A stretch of 64,000 bases of DNA from a virus, in IMG/VR virus record IMGVR_UViG_3300037483_000443, positions 71,655-135,654 of that record. One strand, given 5' to 3'. The notes beneath the pieces were generated by a model, which saw only the letters and a list, made by a program, of their open reading frames with translations, searched no databases and had not been told where the DNA came from. The position numbers were made by a program, and so were the translations under genes. Positions 1-10,037 of this stretch are shown here, piece after piece (the first letter of the stretch is position 1; the number at the start of each line of letters is the position of its first letter).

Positions 1-173
1 TCTTTAGCTTCAGACATGATGTCTTTAACGCCCAGCTGATGTGTCTTGATGTGTCCCTTGTGCAACAGGATCTCCTCGATGAAGCCCTCTAATTGAGATT
101 TTGTCACGGGATTGTTCACGATGGTATCGAGGCTGAACTGGATCTTGGTCTTCTTGCCGGTTGCATCTTTCAT
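1..173 (-). CDS. T4 DsbA-like dsDNA-binding protein, 5' part (runs off window)
   Basis: ATG at 173 reads MKDATGKK...FIEEILLHKGHIKTHQLGVKDIMSEAK, resembling the T4 DsbA HKLKI...IKDIRIRAKD segment; not in ORF track. Confidence 0.5.
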   Translation of the reverse strand, partial: MKDATGKKTKIQFSLDTIVNNPVTKSQLEGFIEEILLHKGHIKTHQLGVKDIMSEAK

Positions 174-265
174 TTGGTATTTCTCCGTAGTTGATTATCA
201 GGAAGAGTCATTTTAACATACATGACTTTGGAAGGACATTTACTAAGCAGTTAGCTTCAACAGAT

Positions 266-298
266 AAAAATGCCCCGGTCTTTTGGCGACCGAGGCAG
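266..298 (-). terminator. probable intrinsic terminator
   Basis: TGCCCCGGTC/GACCGAGGCA stem with A-run on the left (U-tract on minus strand). Confidence 0.55.
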
Positions 299-328
299 AG
301 CCATGTTCCAGAGCCTTAGGCAGAGGTA

Positions 329-841
329 CTAGTGATAGGTTGAAGAGAATTGGGTGCGAGGAATGTTCATTGGCTCAAATGCGAAGTCACCGTTTCCAGA
401 TAGTTCGATCGCGTCATCGGAGTAGAAGATCTCATATTTGACTAGCCACGAGTTTGCATTTAATGCTGCGATCTCTTCGCCTTCTGAGTTATCTGCGAAG
501 AATAATACACTACAACAGTTGTCATCCCAGCCACTAAGATACTTTGCTCCAAACTTCGCGGTAAGAGCTTCTATTGAATCAGCATCTTGGATCATAATTG
601 ATGGGTTAGCAATCATGAATTGACTGATGAAGTGTTCACCTTTGGTGTAAAAGGCCAGAGCTTTCTGTTCAAAGTCACCGTTTGCGGCTGATAATGCTTC
701 ACCATATGACATGAATAGCTTTGAGCGCATCTTGAAATCGACTATAGGTCCTGTGACAGCAGAAACACCCTTCATGTCCATCATCGTTTTGACGATTGGG
801 TTGGTGAGGTTGAAAGAGGTAACGAAGTAGAAGTTGCGCAA
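329..841 (-). CDS. hypothetical protein
   Basis: 170 aa ORF directly downstream of the structural gene. Confidence 0.7.
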   Translation of the reverse strand: MRNFYFVTSFNLTNPIVKTMMDMKGVSAVTGPIVDFKMRSKLFMSYGEALSAANGDFEQKALAFYTKGEHFISQFMIANPSIMIQDADSIEALTAKFGAKYLSGWDDNCCSVLFFADNSEGEEIAALNANSWLVKYEIFYSDDAIELSGNGDFAFEPMNIPRTQFSSTYH

Positions 842-853
842 CTTTAGATTCCT

Positions 854-2413
854 TTATGTAGGTCCAAGAACATATTTGTGAGTAACCACTGTAACGGCAG
901 GAGTTCCAGTGATGGTAGGTACATTAAAGAGCGCTGGATCGCTAGGATCTGATGGTGTTAACGGGTGAAGCAATTGAGTAAGTCTTGATTGAGCAGTTGA
1001 AAACTCATAGAGTCCTGTAAACGGTTCTTGTGCATAAGTAAAGGTGAAAGTAGAATCTATCACGCTTCCAGACAAATAGACGTTGAGATCCTTATCTTGA
1101 AAGTTGTAAGGGTCTTTTGCCACGACAAAGAAGATCTCGCTCAACGAGATGTCGATGGGAACGACTGCTATTGTAGCGGTACCTGTTCCTGTACCGGCTC
1201 CAGTAGCAGTAAATTCGATTCCGATCGTGTTAGAATTAGCTCCGATCGCAGTAAAGTCAGTAGTGCCAATTGAAGTGATTTGATACGTCGTCCCGACGAC
1301 AAAGCTTCCTGCATTTATCGTGACGGCTCCGATTACAACTTGAGCTCCCTTGACTCCATAACTGTAATCGTTTATCAAAGCATCAAGCTGTGAACAATAC
1401 ATCAAGTATCGCGTTCCAACGGTTGGAATTGTCACTGCATTATAGTTACCCCAAGCATCTCCGCTTAATAAGGTTAGCGGAGATGTTCCATTAGAGGTGG
1501 TAATTGACGGATCTAACACAACAAATTCAAGAGGGATGATGCTGCTATCAAGTACATTTGCTGTTAAGTCGTTGTAAACTATGACATTAACTACATTGTT
1601 AGATTCAAAGATCGCAGGTGTAAAAGTAATGCTTTGGTTTGTAATCGAAATTATGTACTGAGTATCAGGAACCAGAACGCCGTTGACGTAAACACTGATC
1701 TTGTTGCTGATAGAAAATCTCAAGGTATTTGAATTTGGGCTATCATCTGGTCCACTGATAACAGCAACTGCTCCAGATACAAGGTATGTAAAGTTCATGC
1801 TCTGGAGTAGATCTGGAGAGATCGGGAATACGTTCAATAAAATTTTGACATTTTGGGCCAGATGGAACGTATTATTTTGGGTGTCTACTGTAATCACCGT
1901 AGTTGTTGCAGTTCCTGAACCTGCTCCTGGACCAGTCGCGATGAAAGTTGAACCGACTATGTTAATATCAGCCCCAATCAACGTAAAATCAGTATTTCCC
2001 AAAGTTTCAATTACATATTCTACACCAGTAATGAAATTTCCGGCTGGTACAGAACTGGGAGTTGTACCGTTTATGTAATAAGAGTGCTCCGTACTAGAAG
2101 TTGCTCCTTTTTGCAGCACAGCCATCGTCATCATACCAATTTCAGAAGTAGACAATGGGATTAAAGGGTCTGTCGTGATCGTTGGGGACGATAGAATCAC
2201 TGTCCCCCGTGGAATGAAATCTTGAAGTCCCTGGACCGGTGGAGTAAAGAGAAACTTCTTGTTTGTTCTCTCACCTACTCGTGATAACTTTCCGCGGCAT
2301 TTGAGAGTTATGTTACAACGCAGGGGATCAGGACGACGGCTGTCGATCTGAATCTCAGTCTGTCGATTGCATGTATCACATTGAAAGACGATGTATTTGT
2401 TTAGAGTGCTCAT
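854..2413 (-). CDS. virion structural protein (baseplate/tail-associated)
   Basis: 519 aa, T/S/V/G rich, two copies of AG(N/S)F..G..Y.I...G.TDFT.IGA..N..G..F.ATG.G.G.GTAT repeat, N-terminal CxxC...C...C. Confidence 0.6.
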   Translation of the reverse strand: MSTLNKYIVFQCDTCNRQTEIQIDSRRPDPLRCNITLKCRGKLSRVGERTNKKFLFTPPVQGLQDFIPRGTVILSSPTITTDPLIPLSTSEIGMMTMAVLQKGATSSTEHSYYINGTTPSSVPAGNFITGVEYVIETLGNTDFTLIGADINIVGSTFIATGPGAGSGTATTTVITVDTQNNTFHLAQNVKILLNVFPISPDLLQSMNFTYLVSGAVAVISGPDDSPNSNTLRFSISNKISVYVNGVLVPDTQYIISITNQSITFTPAIFESNNVVNVIVYNDLTANVLDSSIIPLEFVVLDPSITTSNGTSPLTLLSGDAWGNYNAVTIPTVGTRYLMYCSQLDALINDYSYGVKGAQVVIGAVTINAGSFVVGTTYQITSIGTTDFTAIGANSNTIGIEFTATGAGTGTGTATIAVVPIDISLSEIFFVVAKDPYNFQDKDLNVYLSGSVIDSTFTFTYAQEPFTGLYEFSTAQSRLTQLLHPLTPSDPSDPALFNVPTITGTPAVTVVTHKYVLGPT

Positions 2414-2465
2414 ATAGATATTTACACATCTCTCAATTATTTTCTACTTCAAGAGAGCCTCAATA

Positions 2466-2702
2466 TTATTGCACTGTGACCGTGATATACTTGCGCAACG
2501 TCACGTCCTTGTCTTGGCACGAGAACGCATCACCGTTCTTATAGTTTACTACCTTAAGACATGCCCCGTTGCTTACATGAACTTTTGGTAGATCCAGATA
2601 ATCAGTGAGGGTCTTCATGAACCACATGGTTGCTGCGACTGTCATGCAGATCGCAGCAACCGTCGAGACTAATTGCTTAGTAGTGACTGCGTAGTAAGCC
2701 AT
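2466..2702 (-). CDS. small membrane-anchored protein
   Basis: N-terminal hydrophobic helix, GGAG RBS. Confidence 0.6.
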   Translation of the reverse strand: MAYYAVTTKQLVSTVAAICMTVAATMWFMKTLTDYLDLPKVHVSNGACLKVVNYKNGDAFSCQDKDVTLRKYITVTVQ

Positions 2703-2710
2703 GATCGCTC

Positions 2711-3313
2711 CTAAAGAGAAGACGCAACACCGAGGATAAAGAATTCCTTGATGCGCTTAACTGACTCGAGAGTATATTGAATGTCTTCAAGAGAGTTGTG
2801 CTTACCTCGTGGAGGTAATCCCAACGTCGCAAAGATATCTTCGGAATATGTCAGCTCCATGAGAGCAGTTGCGATCGCACAGCTGTCAATAGACGTCGGG
2901 TGATAGGTGAACGCCAATCCAGCAGCGTCAAGCAACTGGATAGTAAACGCCTTGTCAAAGTGCACACGATGTCCCAACAACATAACTTCACTGGTTCCCA
3001 TATATTTACTGACCATTCCGACCAACTCAAACGCAGCTTCCTCTTGAGTAATTCCGTTCTTCTCTAGGTGTTCTTGGGTGATCCCGTGGATATTCTGTGC
3101 GCCCATGTTCCACTGGTACTTAGGATCAAATTTGATCTCGCGGTAGAGCTGCTCGATCGGTTTCAACGTTCTCACGTCAAAGATGATCGCTCCGAAAGAG
3201 ATACCTTGGTGTTTAGCCGCATAGTTGGGGAGGGAGTATCCAGACGTCTCCCAGTCGATCGCCAGGCCGAAACTAGGGAGTCTGTTGAGGTCTTTCTTCT
3301 TAGGTTCAGCCAT
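2711..3313 (-). CDS. DEDDh 3'-5' exonuclease (DnaQ/RNase T-like)
   Basis: ExoI IDWETSG, ExoII GHRVHFD, ExoIII HNSLED motifs. Confidence 0.85.
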   Translation of the reverse strand: MAEPKKKDLNRLPSFGLAIDWETSGYSLPNYAAKHQGISFGAIIFDVRTLKPIEQLYREIKFDPKYQWNMGAQNIHGITQEHLEKNGITQEEAAFELVGMVSKYMGTSEVMLLGHRVHFDKAFTIQLLDAAGLAFTYHPTSIDSCAIATALMELTYSEDIFATLGLPPRGKHNSLEDIQYTLESVKRIKEFFILGVASSL

Positions 3314-3320
3314 AGCTATC

Positions 3321-3596
3321 TCACTTAACTTCAGCGGGTGTGTCACCCTGAGTTTTCAGCTGAGCAATGAGCTTGCTGACGATGTTCGACGCACGGTCAA
3401 ACATCTTACCCTTCATGTAGGTAGGAGCCTGAGAAATCTCATTGAGAGCGTATGCAAACTGCACCTCATAGTTGTAACGATCTGTGCCTTTTTTGTTGTT
3501 AGCACCGAAGTTCTTGATGAGGCGAGAGAAACGCTCGTTCAGTTCCTTGACGTGAACTTCTGCGTTGAAGAGAGTAGAGGTATTAGATTTTGTCAT
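3321..3596 (-). CDS. hypothetical protein
   Basis: 91 aa ORF in the minus-strand gene run. Confidence 0.6.
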   Translation of the reverse strand: MTKSNTSTLFNAEVHVKELNERFSRLIKNFGANNKKGTDRYNYEVQFAYALNEISQAPTYMKGKMFDRASNIVSKLIAQLKTQGDTPAEVK

Positions 3597-3676
3597 GATG
3601 TAATTCCCAAGACTAGTTGATCGGATGATTTCATTTACTACTTGATCATTGTATCAAACTAGCCCCGGTAAGTACA

Positions 3677-4390
3677 TTAATCTCCTACTCTGATACGACG
3701 ACGAACGTCTTCTACCTGTCCAGGACCCTCTAGGTGGCGCAGCATCTTCTCGATCAAAGGATTTCGCACGATGTGACCTGATGAGAACTCAACTGTAGCG
3801 ATCTCTCCATCAACTGCGCTGAGACGATCAGTTGCCCACTTCAAGCCGTTCTCAAGACGATCTGGAAGATCTGACTGTGCACAGTCACCGGTGATGACGA
3901 TCTTCGAATCATATCCGATTCGAGTCAAGAACATCTTCATCTGCTCTTTGGTTGTGTTCTGGGCTTCATCAAGAATCATGAAAGCTCGATTTAGACTGCG
4001 TCCACGCATGTAAGCTAGAGGGAGGATTTGGATGCGGTTCTCACTGAACAGCATCTCCGAACGTTGAATTCCGACGTGACTCTCAATCGCGTCAAACAAA
4101 GGCATCAAGTAAGGGTGAATCTTTTCGTTCATGTCACCCGGTAAGTAGCCGATGTCTTCGGTAGCCACGAGCGGACGAGTCAGGATGATCTTGTCAACTT
4201 CGCCTGCGAGCAATGCTTCGAGCGCAACGTACGTGGCAAGGTGAGTCTTACCTGTACCAGCGGGTCCGGTGCAGAAGGTGACAGTTGACTCTTTGATCGT
4301 TTGGACGTAGTACTCTTGAGTTGAGTTGCATGCAGTGAGGGGCTTGATGAAGGTATCAGGGAGTTTCTTCGGGTAGTTCTTCTTGGCCAT
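3677..4390 (-). CDS. phoH: PhoH-family ATPase
   Basis: GPAGTGKT Walker A, IGYLPG, YMRGRS, ILDEAQN, TGD..QSD, HIVRN. Confidence 0.95.
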   Translation of the reverse strand: MAKKNYPKKLPDTFIKPLTACNSTQEYYVQTIKESTVTFCTGPAGTGKTHLATYVALEALLAGEVDKIILTRPLVATEDIGYLPGDMNEKIHPYLMPLFDAIESHVGIQRSEMLFSENRIQILPLAYMRGRSLNRAFMILDEAQNTTKEQMKMFLTRIGYDSKIVITGDCAQSDLPDRLENGLKWATDRLSAVDGEIATVEFSSGHIVRNPLIEKMLRHLEGPGQVEDVRRRIRVGD

Positions 4391-4438
4391 GTGCGGCTCC
4401 TGGTTGGGTTGCTTGTGCTACTATGGTATTAGAAAGTA

Positions 4439-4470
4439 AAAAGGGCAACCGATAATATCGGTTGCCCTTT
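4439..4470. terminator. hairpin terminator
   Basis: AAAGGGCAACCGAT-aat-ATCGGTTGCCCTTT perfect inverted repeat. Confidence 0.7.
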
Positions 4471-4493
4471 CATAACTCAAGATAGAAATCTCG

Positions 4494-4739
4494 TCACTTT
4501 TGAGAGTGAAAAATCTTAGCTTCTGCTTCAATATATTGATCAAATTTCTTGCCAAACTTTTTCTTGAGATAGTTTTGAATATCTGTTTCTTTGCCAAGAT
4601 GAACATGAGAAAGTTTCTTCCCTAGTTCTTTTTCAAGATCTTTGGTTTTCATCGAGTACAATCGATCCCACTCAGCTTCAATCTTTTCAAAATCTGTTTT
4701 GCTGAGTGATTCTGACATTTGAAGAAGTTCTTTAAGCAT
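4494..4739 (-). CDS. putative internal head protein
   Basis: N-terminus MLKELLQMSES resembles cleavable capsid-targeting leader. Confidence 0.5.
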   Translation of the reverse strand: MLKELLQMSESLSKTDFEKIEAEWDRLYSMKTKDLEKELGKKLSHVHLGKETDIQNYLKKKFGKKFDQYIEAEAKIFHSQK

Positions 4740-4741
4740 AA

Positions 4742-5044
4742 TCACAATTGTTTCAAGAATTCTTCAACTTTTGGAGGAAGCGTGTAATCTCTAGGAAGCT
4801 GTTTCTTGAAGTAAGCTTTTGCTGCATCTCTCTTGCTCTTATCAAAGAACTTACTGTCGTCTGGCTTGTTACCAAATCCACCCTTAACTTTACCTACTTC
4901 AATTTCCCTTGAATCAAATGCAACGATTCTGAGGTCTAACTTATCATTCGACAAAACGTACGGCTTACCAGTCTCGATAAAGTCACATCTCCAACCATCA
5001 ATCTTCATACTAGATTCTGCTAATATCAGGAGCTCTTTAAGCAT
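4742..5044 (-). CDS. putative internal head protein
   Basis: N-terminus MLKELLILAES, paralogous leader to neighbour. Confidence 0.5.
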   Translation of the reverse strand: MLKELLILAESSMKIDGWRCDFIETGKPYVLSNDKLDLRIVAFDSREIEVGKVKGGFGNKPDDSKFFDKSKRDAAKAYFKKQLPRDYTLPPKVEEFLKQL

Positions 5045-5046
5045 GA

Positions 5047-5436
5047 TCAGTCGTTAGCCTCACGTGATTGAAGGAACTTCAGATACTCAAGATATTCTTG
5101 CGTAGGATTGCGAAGCGCGTAGAGAGCATCGCGATCCTTAGTCTGAAGCAGATCGTACAATCTGATAGCTAACGCAGTCATCTCTGCCGGAGGCAGAGCT
5201 CTAAGCATGTCAATCACTTCCTTAGAGGTAGAGACATTGCTGTCGAAGAGCGGGTTGGAGTTCTTGTAGAACTCTCCCATCTTGAGGAACTGGAGGAGAC
5301 GAGCTACCACCATGTACTCAAAGTGATTATCTGCTCGTCCTCGACGAATGATGTTAGCGACAGACATCATCACATTCGGCTCAACTACTCCACCTTCATT
5401 GATGAGTCTTGCTTGTGCGATTTCATGTATCTTCAT
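5047..5436 (-). CDS. putative late/virion protein
   Basis: MKIHEI...LINE leader; ATAAATA late motif at ~5464-5470. Confidence 0.5.
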   Translation of the reverse strand: MKIHEIAQARLINEGGVVEPNVMMSVANIIRRGRADNHFEYMVVARLLQFLKMGEFYKNSNPLFDSNVSTSKEVIDMLRALPPAEMTALAIRLYDLLQTKDRDALYALRNPTQEYLEYLKFLQSREAND

Positions 5437-5490
5437 GGAAGCTTCCCTAGACAGGTTTGAAGTTATTTATCACTTAGAGTCCTGAAACTC

Positions 5491-6123
5491 TTAGCTCCAA
5501 GGATCGCGAACTTCGTCACACATGCCGTACTTCAAGGCTTCTTTCGCGGAGATCCACTTGTCAGAGCTACCTAACAGAACGTCTTGAATCTGTTTCTCAG
5601 ACATCTTGGTATGACGTTGGAAGTGCTCAACGAAGCGCTTGTGGATGTCATCATCATGATTACGTTGAGCGATGAACTCATGGTACTTTCCTTCCATTCC
5701 CTGATAGAACTGGTGGGTCATGATGAAGGAGTTGCGAGACATGATGCGCTTACCCTTGGTGCCGGCAGTAAAGATCAAGGACGCCATCGAGGCAACCATG
5801 CCGATTCCAACGGTTTGAATCTGGAGGCGGCTGCTCTCCATCAAATCAATAATACCGAAGCCGTCATAGACTCCGCCACCGGGAGAGTTGATGAGCAGCG
5901 TAAGAGGTTGTTCTTCAGGGAAGATGTAGTTAGCTTTGATGATGAACTGACAGAGATCTTCAGCTGATTCTTCATCGATCGGCCTGAACAGCATGTAGGC
6001 TCCGATTGACTGTAGTGAGAACTTGTCGATGGAGATGATCTCTCCTTCATCGCCTGTACGATCTGTGGCTTTAGCCGTCTTTTTAATTGGTTTCTTGGTA
6101 GTTGGAGAGGAATTTAACGCCAT
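5491..6123 (-). CDS. clpP: ClpP-family protease
   Basis: INSPGG, ASMAS (Ser), MTHQ (His), DKWISAKEALKYGMCDEV. Confidence 0.9.
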   Translation of the reverse strand: MALNSSPTTKKPIKKTAKATDRTGDEGEIISIDKFSLQSIGAYMLFRPIDEESAEDLCQFIIKANYIFPEEQPLTLLINSPGGGVYDGFGIIDLMESSRLQIQTVGIGMVASMASLIFTAGTKGKRIMSRNSFIMTHQFYQGMEGKYHEFIAQRNHDDDIHKRFVEHFQRHTKMSEKQIQDVLLGSSDKWISAKEALKYGMCDEVRDPWS

Positions 6124-6179
6124 GAAGAACCTTTGATGTGAATTTAGATCTTGCGACCTTTACTACTTCTGCCAATTAG

Positions 6180-6782
6180 TCATATTCTTGAAAACAAATA
6201 GACTCGATCAAAATCCTTCAGCTTACTGCCTTGCTTTCCGTACTCAACCTTAACAGTGTACAGAGTCTTGTACATGTCACGACCCCCGTCGGAGAGCCCC
6301 AGTTGGAAGCGAATCTCATCATGGTCACGAAGAATCTTGAACCACGGAGTAGCTCTTCCCTTCTTCTCAATGCGAAAGATCTCACTCCAAGCATCAGTAA
6401 CATGCTTGATCGCAGCCTCAGCACCGTCAAGCAATTGCCTGATCATGATCTCACGTTCTTCACGCTTGTAGAGCAGAGGAACCTTCGCGGAGGGAGAGAC
6501 CTCAACAGCTTCACGATGGCTTGAAGAGACGAGTTTTTCATCTTTCGTCTCGACTGAGAGCTTACCTGTTGCCTTGGGATTGTTCAACAAAGCAAACTCA
6601 AGGTGATCATCTGCGATTGGGTGTATTTTTGACAGAGAGTTGATGTCACGGGTCCACTCTTTCTCCAATGCCTTCTTCAGGTCAAGGAGAACTTGAGTGT
6701 GGTAGCGCTCTTGAAACAATATGTAGCGTTCAGCATGTTCGCTGCGGAGTGCTTCTTGAATGATGAAGTTCTTCAGTGCCAT
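6180..6782 (-). CDS. hypothetical protein
   Basis: 200 aa ORF, translationally coupled to upstream gene. Confidence 0.7.
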   Translation of the reverse strand: MALKNFIIQEALRSEHAERYILFQERYHTQVLLDLKKALEKEWTRDINSLSKIHPIADDHLEFALLNNPKATGKLSVETKDEKLVSSSHREAVEVSPSAKVPLLYKREEREIMIRQLLDGAEAAIKHVTDAWSEIFRIEKKGRATPWFKILRDHDEIRFQLGLSDGGRDMYKTLYTVKVEYGKQGSKLKDFDRVYLFSRI

Positions 6783-7285
6783 TAGCTCTTTCGCTTCAGC
6801 CCGATGGGGAGGTAATCTTGATAGTACTTCTTGAAGCGAGCTTCGTCGAAGCCTTCCTTGAATCCCTTGTGAACGACGTCTCGAAGATCACCGAGAGTGA
6901 ACTCACCCTCTTTAGTGATCACCAACAAGCCGCGACCAGCTCCGTACTTCTTTGAGTGAAGACGAAGGCTAGTCACTTCAAGTTCTTCTAGATCATCTCT
7001 GTAGGGAACGTCGATGAGCTTGACTTTGATAGTATCCTTGGGTTGAGGGAGGTTGAAGCGACGCTTCAAGGGTCCCAGAGCATCAAAGACCTTGCTGTCG
7101 GAGTTATACTCAACGCTTACACCATTGATCTCAATGATGTCAGAGAAGTATACGTAGTTGTCAGAACCACCTGGTTTTGTATAAACAGCTGGCTCATCTT
7201 TCAGCGACGAAAAAGAACTAACGACGCGCGAGTCACCGCTGTCTTTAGTTCTGATTCGATCTCCGGAAACGGGTACTACTAGCAT
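6782..7285 (-). CDS. hypothetical protein
   Basis: 167 aa ORF. Confidence 0.7.
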   Translation of the reverse strand: MLVVPVSGDRIRTKDSGDSRVVSSFSSLKDEPAVYTKPGGSDNYVYFSDIIEINGVSVEYNSDSKVFDALGPLKRRFNLPQPKDTIKVKLIDVPYRDDLEELEVTSLRLHSKKYGAGRGLLVITKEGEFTLGDLRDVVHKGFKEGFDEARFKKYYQDYLPIGLKRKS

Positions 7286-7291
7286 GGATCT

Positions 7292-7513
7292 TTACTCTTT
7301 TGCTGCAAGGCGTTCAGCTTCAGCAGCAGCCTCTTCCTCAGCAGCAATTCGTGCGGCAGTCTCGTCTTCAGTTTCTACCGGTGTTGGGTTGACTCTCTCA
7401 CGCATCTTTGCAGACAAAACGGCATGCAAATTCTGATTAGCGGTTTCTGGGTCATCCTTGATGAAGCTGCTGATCACGTCACGCAGCTGGGCTTTGATTT
7501 CGTCTTGATCCAT
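7292..7513 (-). CDS. small acidic late protein, possibly prohead-core (gp67-like)
   Basis: TATAAATA at 7562-7569 and AAGGAG RBS upstream; helical N-part plus E/A-rich tail. Confidence 0.45.
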   Translation of the reverse strand: MDQDEIKAQLRDVISSFIKDDPETANQNLHAVLSAKMRERVNPTPVETEDETAARIAAEEEAAAEAERLAAKE

Positions 7514-7561
7514 CTTGATCTCCTTTGGTATAATGAAGTGATCGCCTCGCGATCTACCTTC

Positions 7562-7569
7562 TATTTATA
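7562..7569 (-). promoter_or_regulatory. T4-type late promoter TATAAATA
   Basis: exact TATAAATA on minus strand upstream of 7513 start. Confidence 0.65.
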
Positions 7570-7606
7570 CTTCCAGAGACCTTGATGTTTTGCAACTAAG
7601 CTCTAC

Positions 7607-7801
7607 TTAGACACTTTGCGTTTCCTCTAACAGGTGCAAGTCACAATCTAGCACCTCACACCACACGACCCCCGGCTCTTCGATCTTCTCAAACTGATGC
7701 CAGAACCGATGATCACCTGGGTAGCGTTCACGTCCCATGTAAGCCAAGCGTTCTGGTTGGTTTCTCCAGTTGTACTTTCCGCCAATCTTCATTTCATGCA
7801 T
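7607..7801 (-). CDS. hypothetical protein
   Basis: MHEMKIGG... with AGGAG RBS. Confidence 0.6.
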   Translation of the reverse strand: MHEMKIGGKYNWRNQPERLAYMGRERYPGDHRFWHQFEKIEEPGVVWCEVLDCDLHLLEETQSV

Positions 7802-7826
7802 GTTCTGTCTCCTTATAGAGGCTGCG

Positions 7827-8300
7827 TTAGCTTGGAAGTTTGTACAATACTTTCTTGAAGTCATCACCGATCGTCTCGTCGATGATCGTGCTGATGATCT
7901 TCCAGTTGCCACCGCCGAGGCCAGCTCCGATCATCGGGAAGATGATGTCAAGCTTCTTGCAGTCTTTTTCACGGTTAAGGTGGACACTTCTTGCAATCTC
8001 TTTGACTTTTTCAAAACATTTAGCGACAGCTTCATAGTCAACATGGCGTTTATCGGTACCGTATTGAATTTGTGTCATAGCGTTGACGATGATCTTGTTT
8101 GGAGCTACTTCACAGTCAATGATGTTTCCTGACGTCAAACCATAGCGAGTGAAACATTCTCTGTAGACCCGGAAGGCTTCTGGAAAGCGTCTCTTTACCT
8201 CAGCTGCGATACCTGAGCCCATTACACCCTGACAATTACATCCATGTACGATGATCCCTTCGGGGACGTCGAGGGCGTTGCCGAAACGTTCTTCGATCAT
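7827..8300 (-). CDS. macrodomain (Appr-1-p processing) protein
   Basis: IVHGCNCQGVMGSGIA and PMIGAGLGGGNW motifs. Confidence 0.9.
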   Translation of the reverse strand: MIEERFGNALDVPEGIIVHGCNCQGVMGSGIAAEVKRRFPEAFRVYRECFTRYGLTSGNIIDCEVAPNKIIVNAMTQIQYGTDKRHVDYEAVAKCFEKVKEIARSVHLNREKDCKKLDIIFPMIGAGLGGGNWKIISTIIDETIGDDFKKVLYKLPS

Positions 8301-8480
8301 TTTAGTACTCCCATTATCAATTTAGTTCCTGCTGTCTCTTTCGAGCCGACTTGTCGGCCTGGAACGTGTCCCAGATCGGCTCGTACTCTTCCCAAGTCAA
8401 CTCCGGCTTTATGTGCTTGCATATGTCGAACCATTCAACCTTGTCGAATTCATGCAGTTTGGCATCGTCTTTTGTGTTCA

Positions 8481-8762
8481 TTAAATACTTCCTTCGGTGG
8501 AGTCCTTCACAGGGAAGACCTTGTATGCCCGAATGTTGACTTTGTCAGAATCTTGAGACCAAGTCTTTTCGAATGGTTGACCGTAGAGGAAGTTTTGTAC
8601 TTTCTCCACGGAGAGAGACAACAAGTTTTTAGGTGTGAACTTCACTGCTCGCCCCACGACAGTTCGATCATGTCCATCCGAGCTGGTAGAGTATCCGTAG
8701 AGTTGACCCATGATGATCTCATTTCCGAGAGCATCAACCGATCCATACTTTTCTTCGCTCAT
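8481..8762 (-). CDS. hypothetical protein
   Basis: coupled small ORF. Confidence 0.6.
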   Translation of the reverse strand: MSEEKYGSVDALGNEIIMGQLYGYSTSSDGHDRTVVGRAVKFTPKNLLSLSVEKVQNFLYGQPFEKTWSQDSDKVNIRAYKVFPVKDSTEGSI

Positions 8763-9069
8763 TTCTGCTCCCATTTCAAGTCATTATCATCGTTGACTGT
8801 GTAAACACCCTTACCCTGTGCATCGTAGATATACGGAGATCCGCAGCAACCACATCCACCAATCACGATACCATGCTTCTCCGAGAGCTTACCCAGCTCT
8901 TCAAGAAACTTTTTTGTATTTGCTGCTTTTTGCTGTTGATCATTCATGATTTCTCCTTAACGTAAACTTGTTGAATGTTGCGAACGAATCCAGCTTTCTC
9001 ATCCACGTCTAAACGGCTAGGTCTCCGCAAATGTCGTTCCGCCACAACGTGCAATATCAAATGGCAGGC

Positions 9070-9420
9070 TCATACCTGCTCCTTACGCTTGGATGCGGCA
9101 AGACGGAGTTCTTCTTCCATTTGCAGTTTGAGTTGGATTAAATCTTCTTCGTTTGAGCCAGCATGTATTGCAGTAATTGCCAATGCCATAGATGAGATTC
9201 TTGCCTCTGCAATCTTTTCTTCCAGCCATTGCGTAGCCAATGGCTCTGTGGCAGAGAGTGCTAATTCAAATTTCCTGCTGCTCTTCCCTATATTCCGCTG
9301 ATCGTCTTTCTCTCTACGCAGGAAGTCTGTTATAAGATCAACCAGCATCGCCCTCTCACGCTTGAGAGATTCGTTCTCCAAGTAAAGTGCATCAGCAAAA
9401 TTCCGATTTGGGTCACTCAT
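9070..9420 (-). CDS. hypothetical coiled-coil protein
   Basis: 116 aa ORF with AAGGAG RBS. Confidence 0.6.
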   Translation of the reverse strand: MSDPNRNFADALYLENESLKRERAMLVDLITDFLRREKDDQRNIGKSSRKFELALSATEPLATQWLEEKIAEARISSMALAITAIHAGSNEEDLIQLKLQMEEELRLAASKRKEQV

Positions 9421-9535
9421 GCTTTATTCTCCTTGGTGGTGATTGGTGTGGATGGGCGGATGATGAGTGGCTTTTCATATCGAGACATTTTGCAACCGCG
9501 ATGCGGGTATCCGTCCGCACCAATCGGTCTTACGT

Positions 9536-10021
9536 TCATGCTTTGCTCCAATCAAAATCAGATCGAAAGTCAGAATCAACTACAGGTTGAGGGTTAGCTA
9601 CCTTCGGCTGCCAGTCATATTGCCGCCCTACTGTAATGTGCAGCCTGTAGTCAAGACGCAGACCGAGCTCTTTGCGGATCTCGATGAGGCGAGGAGATTC
9701 AACAGTCAGAGACCAGAACTGCCAGTGACGTTCCAAGCGAGACGGATCATACATGAGCTCGATTTCATGCCCGGCATACTTCTTCCAGAGGTTAAGTCGA
9801 TCTTTAGAGATACGCTCATCGCCCTTGACCACAGTGCAGTGAACGCCGAACATCGGACGTTGAAGAGTCAGCCACTGACCGTACTTCTTAGTGAGGAACC
9901 ATTGGTAGTAGAGGTCAAGCTGATCACGTGGCAATTGCACGATGAGAGTGCGTTGCTTGTGAGTTTTCTTGAAGTCCTGACGAACAGGATCGTAAACGAG
10001 CTTGCCTTTAACTTTGATCAC
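9536..10021 (-). CDS. 2H-phosphoesterase-like protein
   Basis: two HxT-type motifs (HCTVV, HITVG) about 70 aa apart; first gene after the suppressor tRNA. Confidence 0.55.
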   Translation of the reverse strand: MIKVKGKLVYDPVRQDFKKTHKQRTLIVQLPRDQLDLYYQWFLTKKYGQWLTLQRPMFGVHCTVVKGDERISKDRLNLWKKYAGHEIELMYDPSRLERHWQFWSLTVESPRLIEIRKELGLRLDYRLHITVGRQYDWQPKVANPQPVVDSDFRSDFDWSKA

Positions 10022-10037
10022 TTTGTGATCTCCTGTT

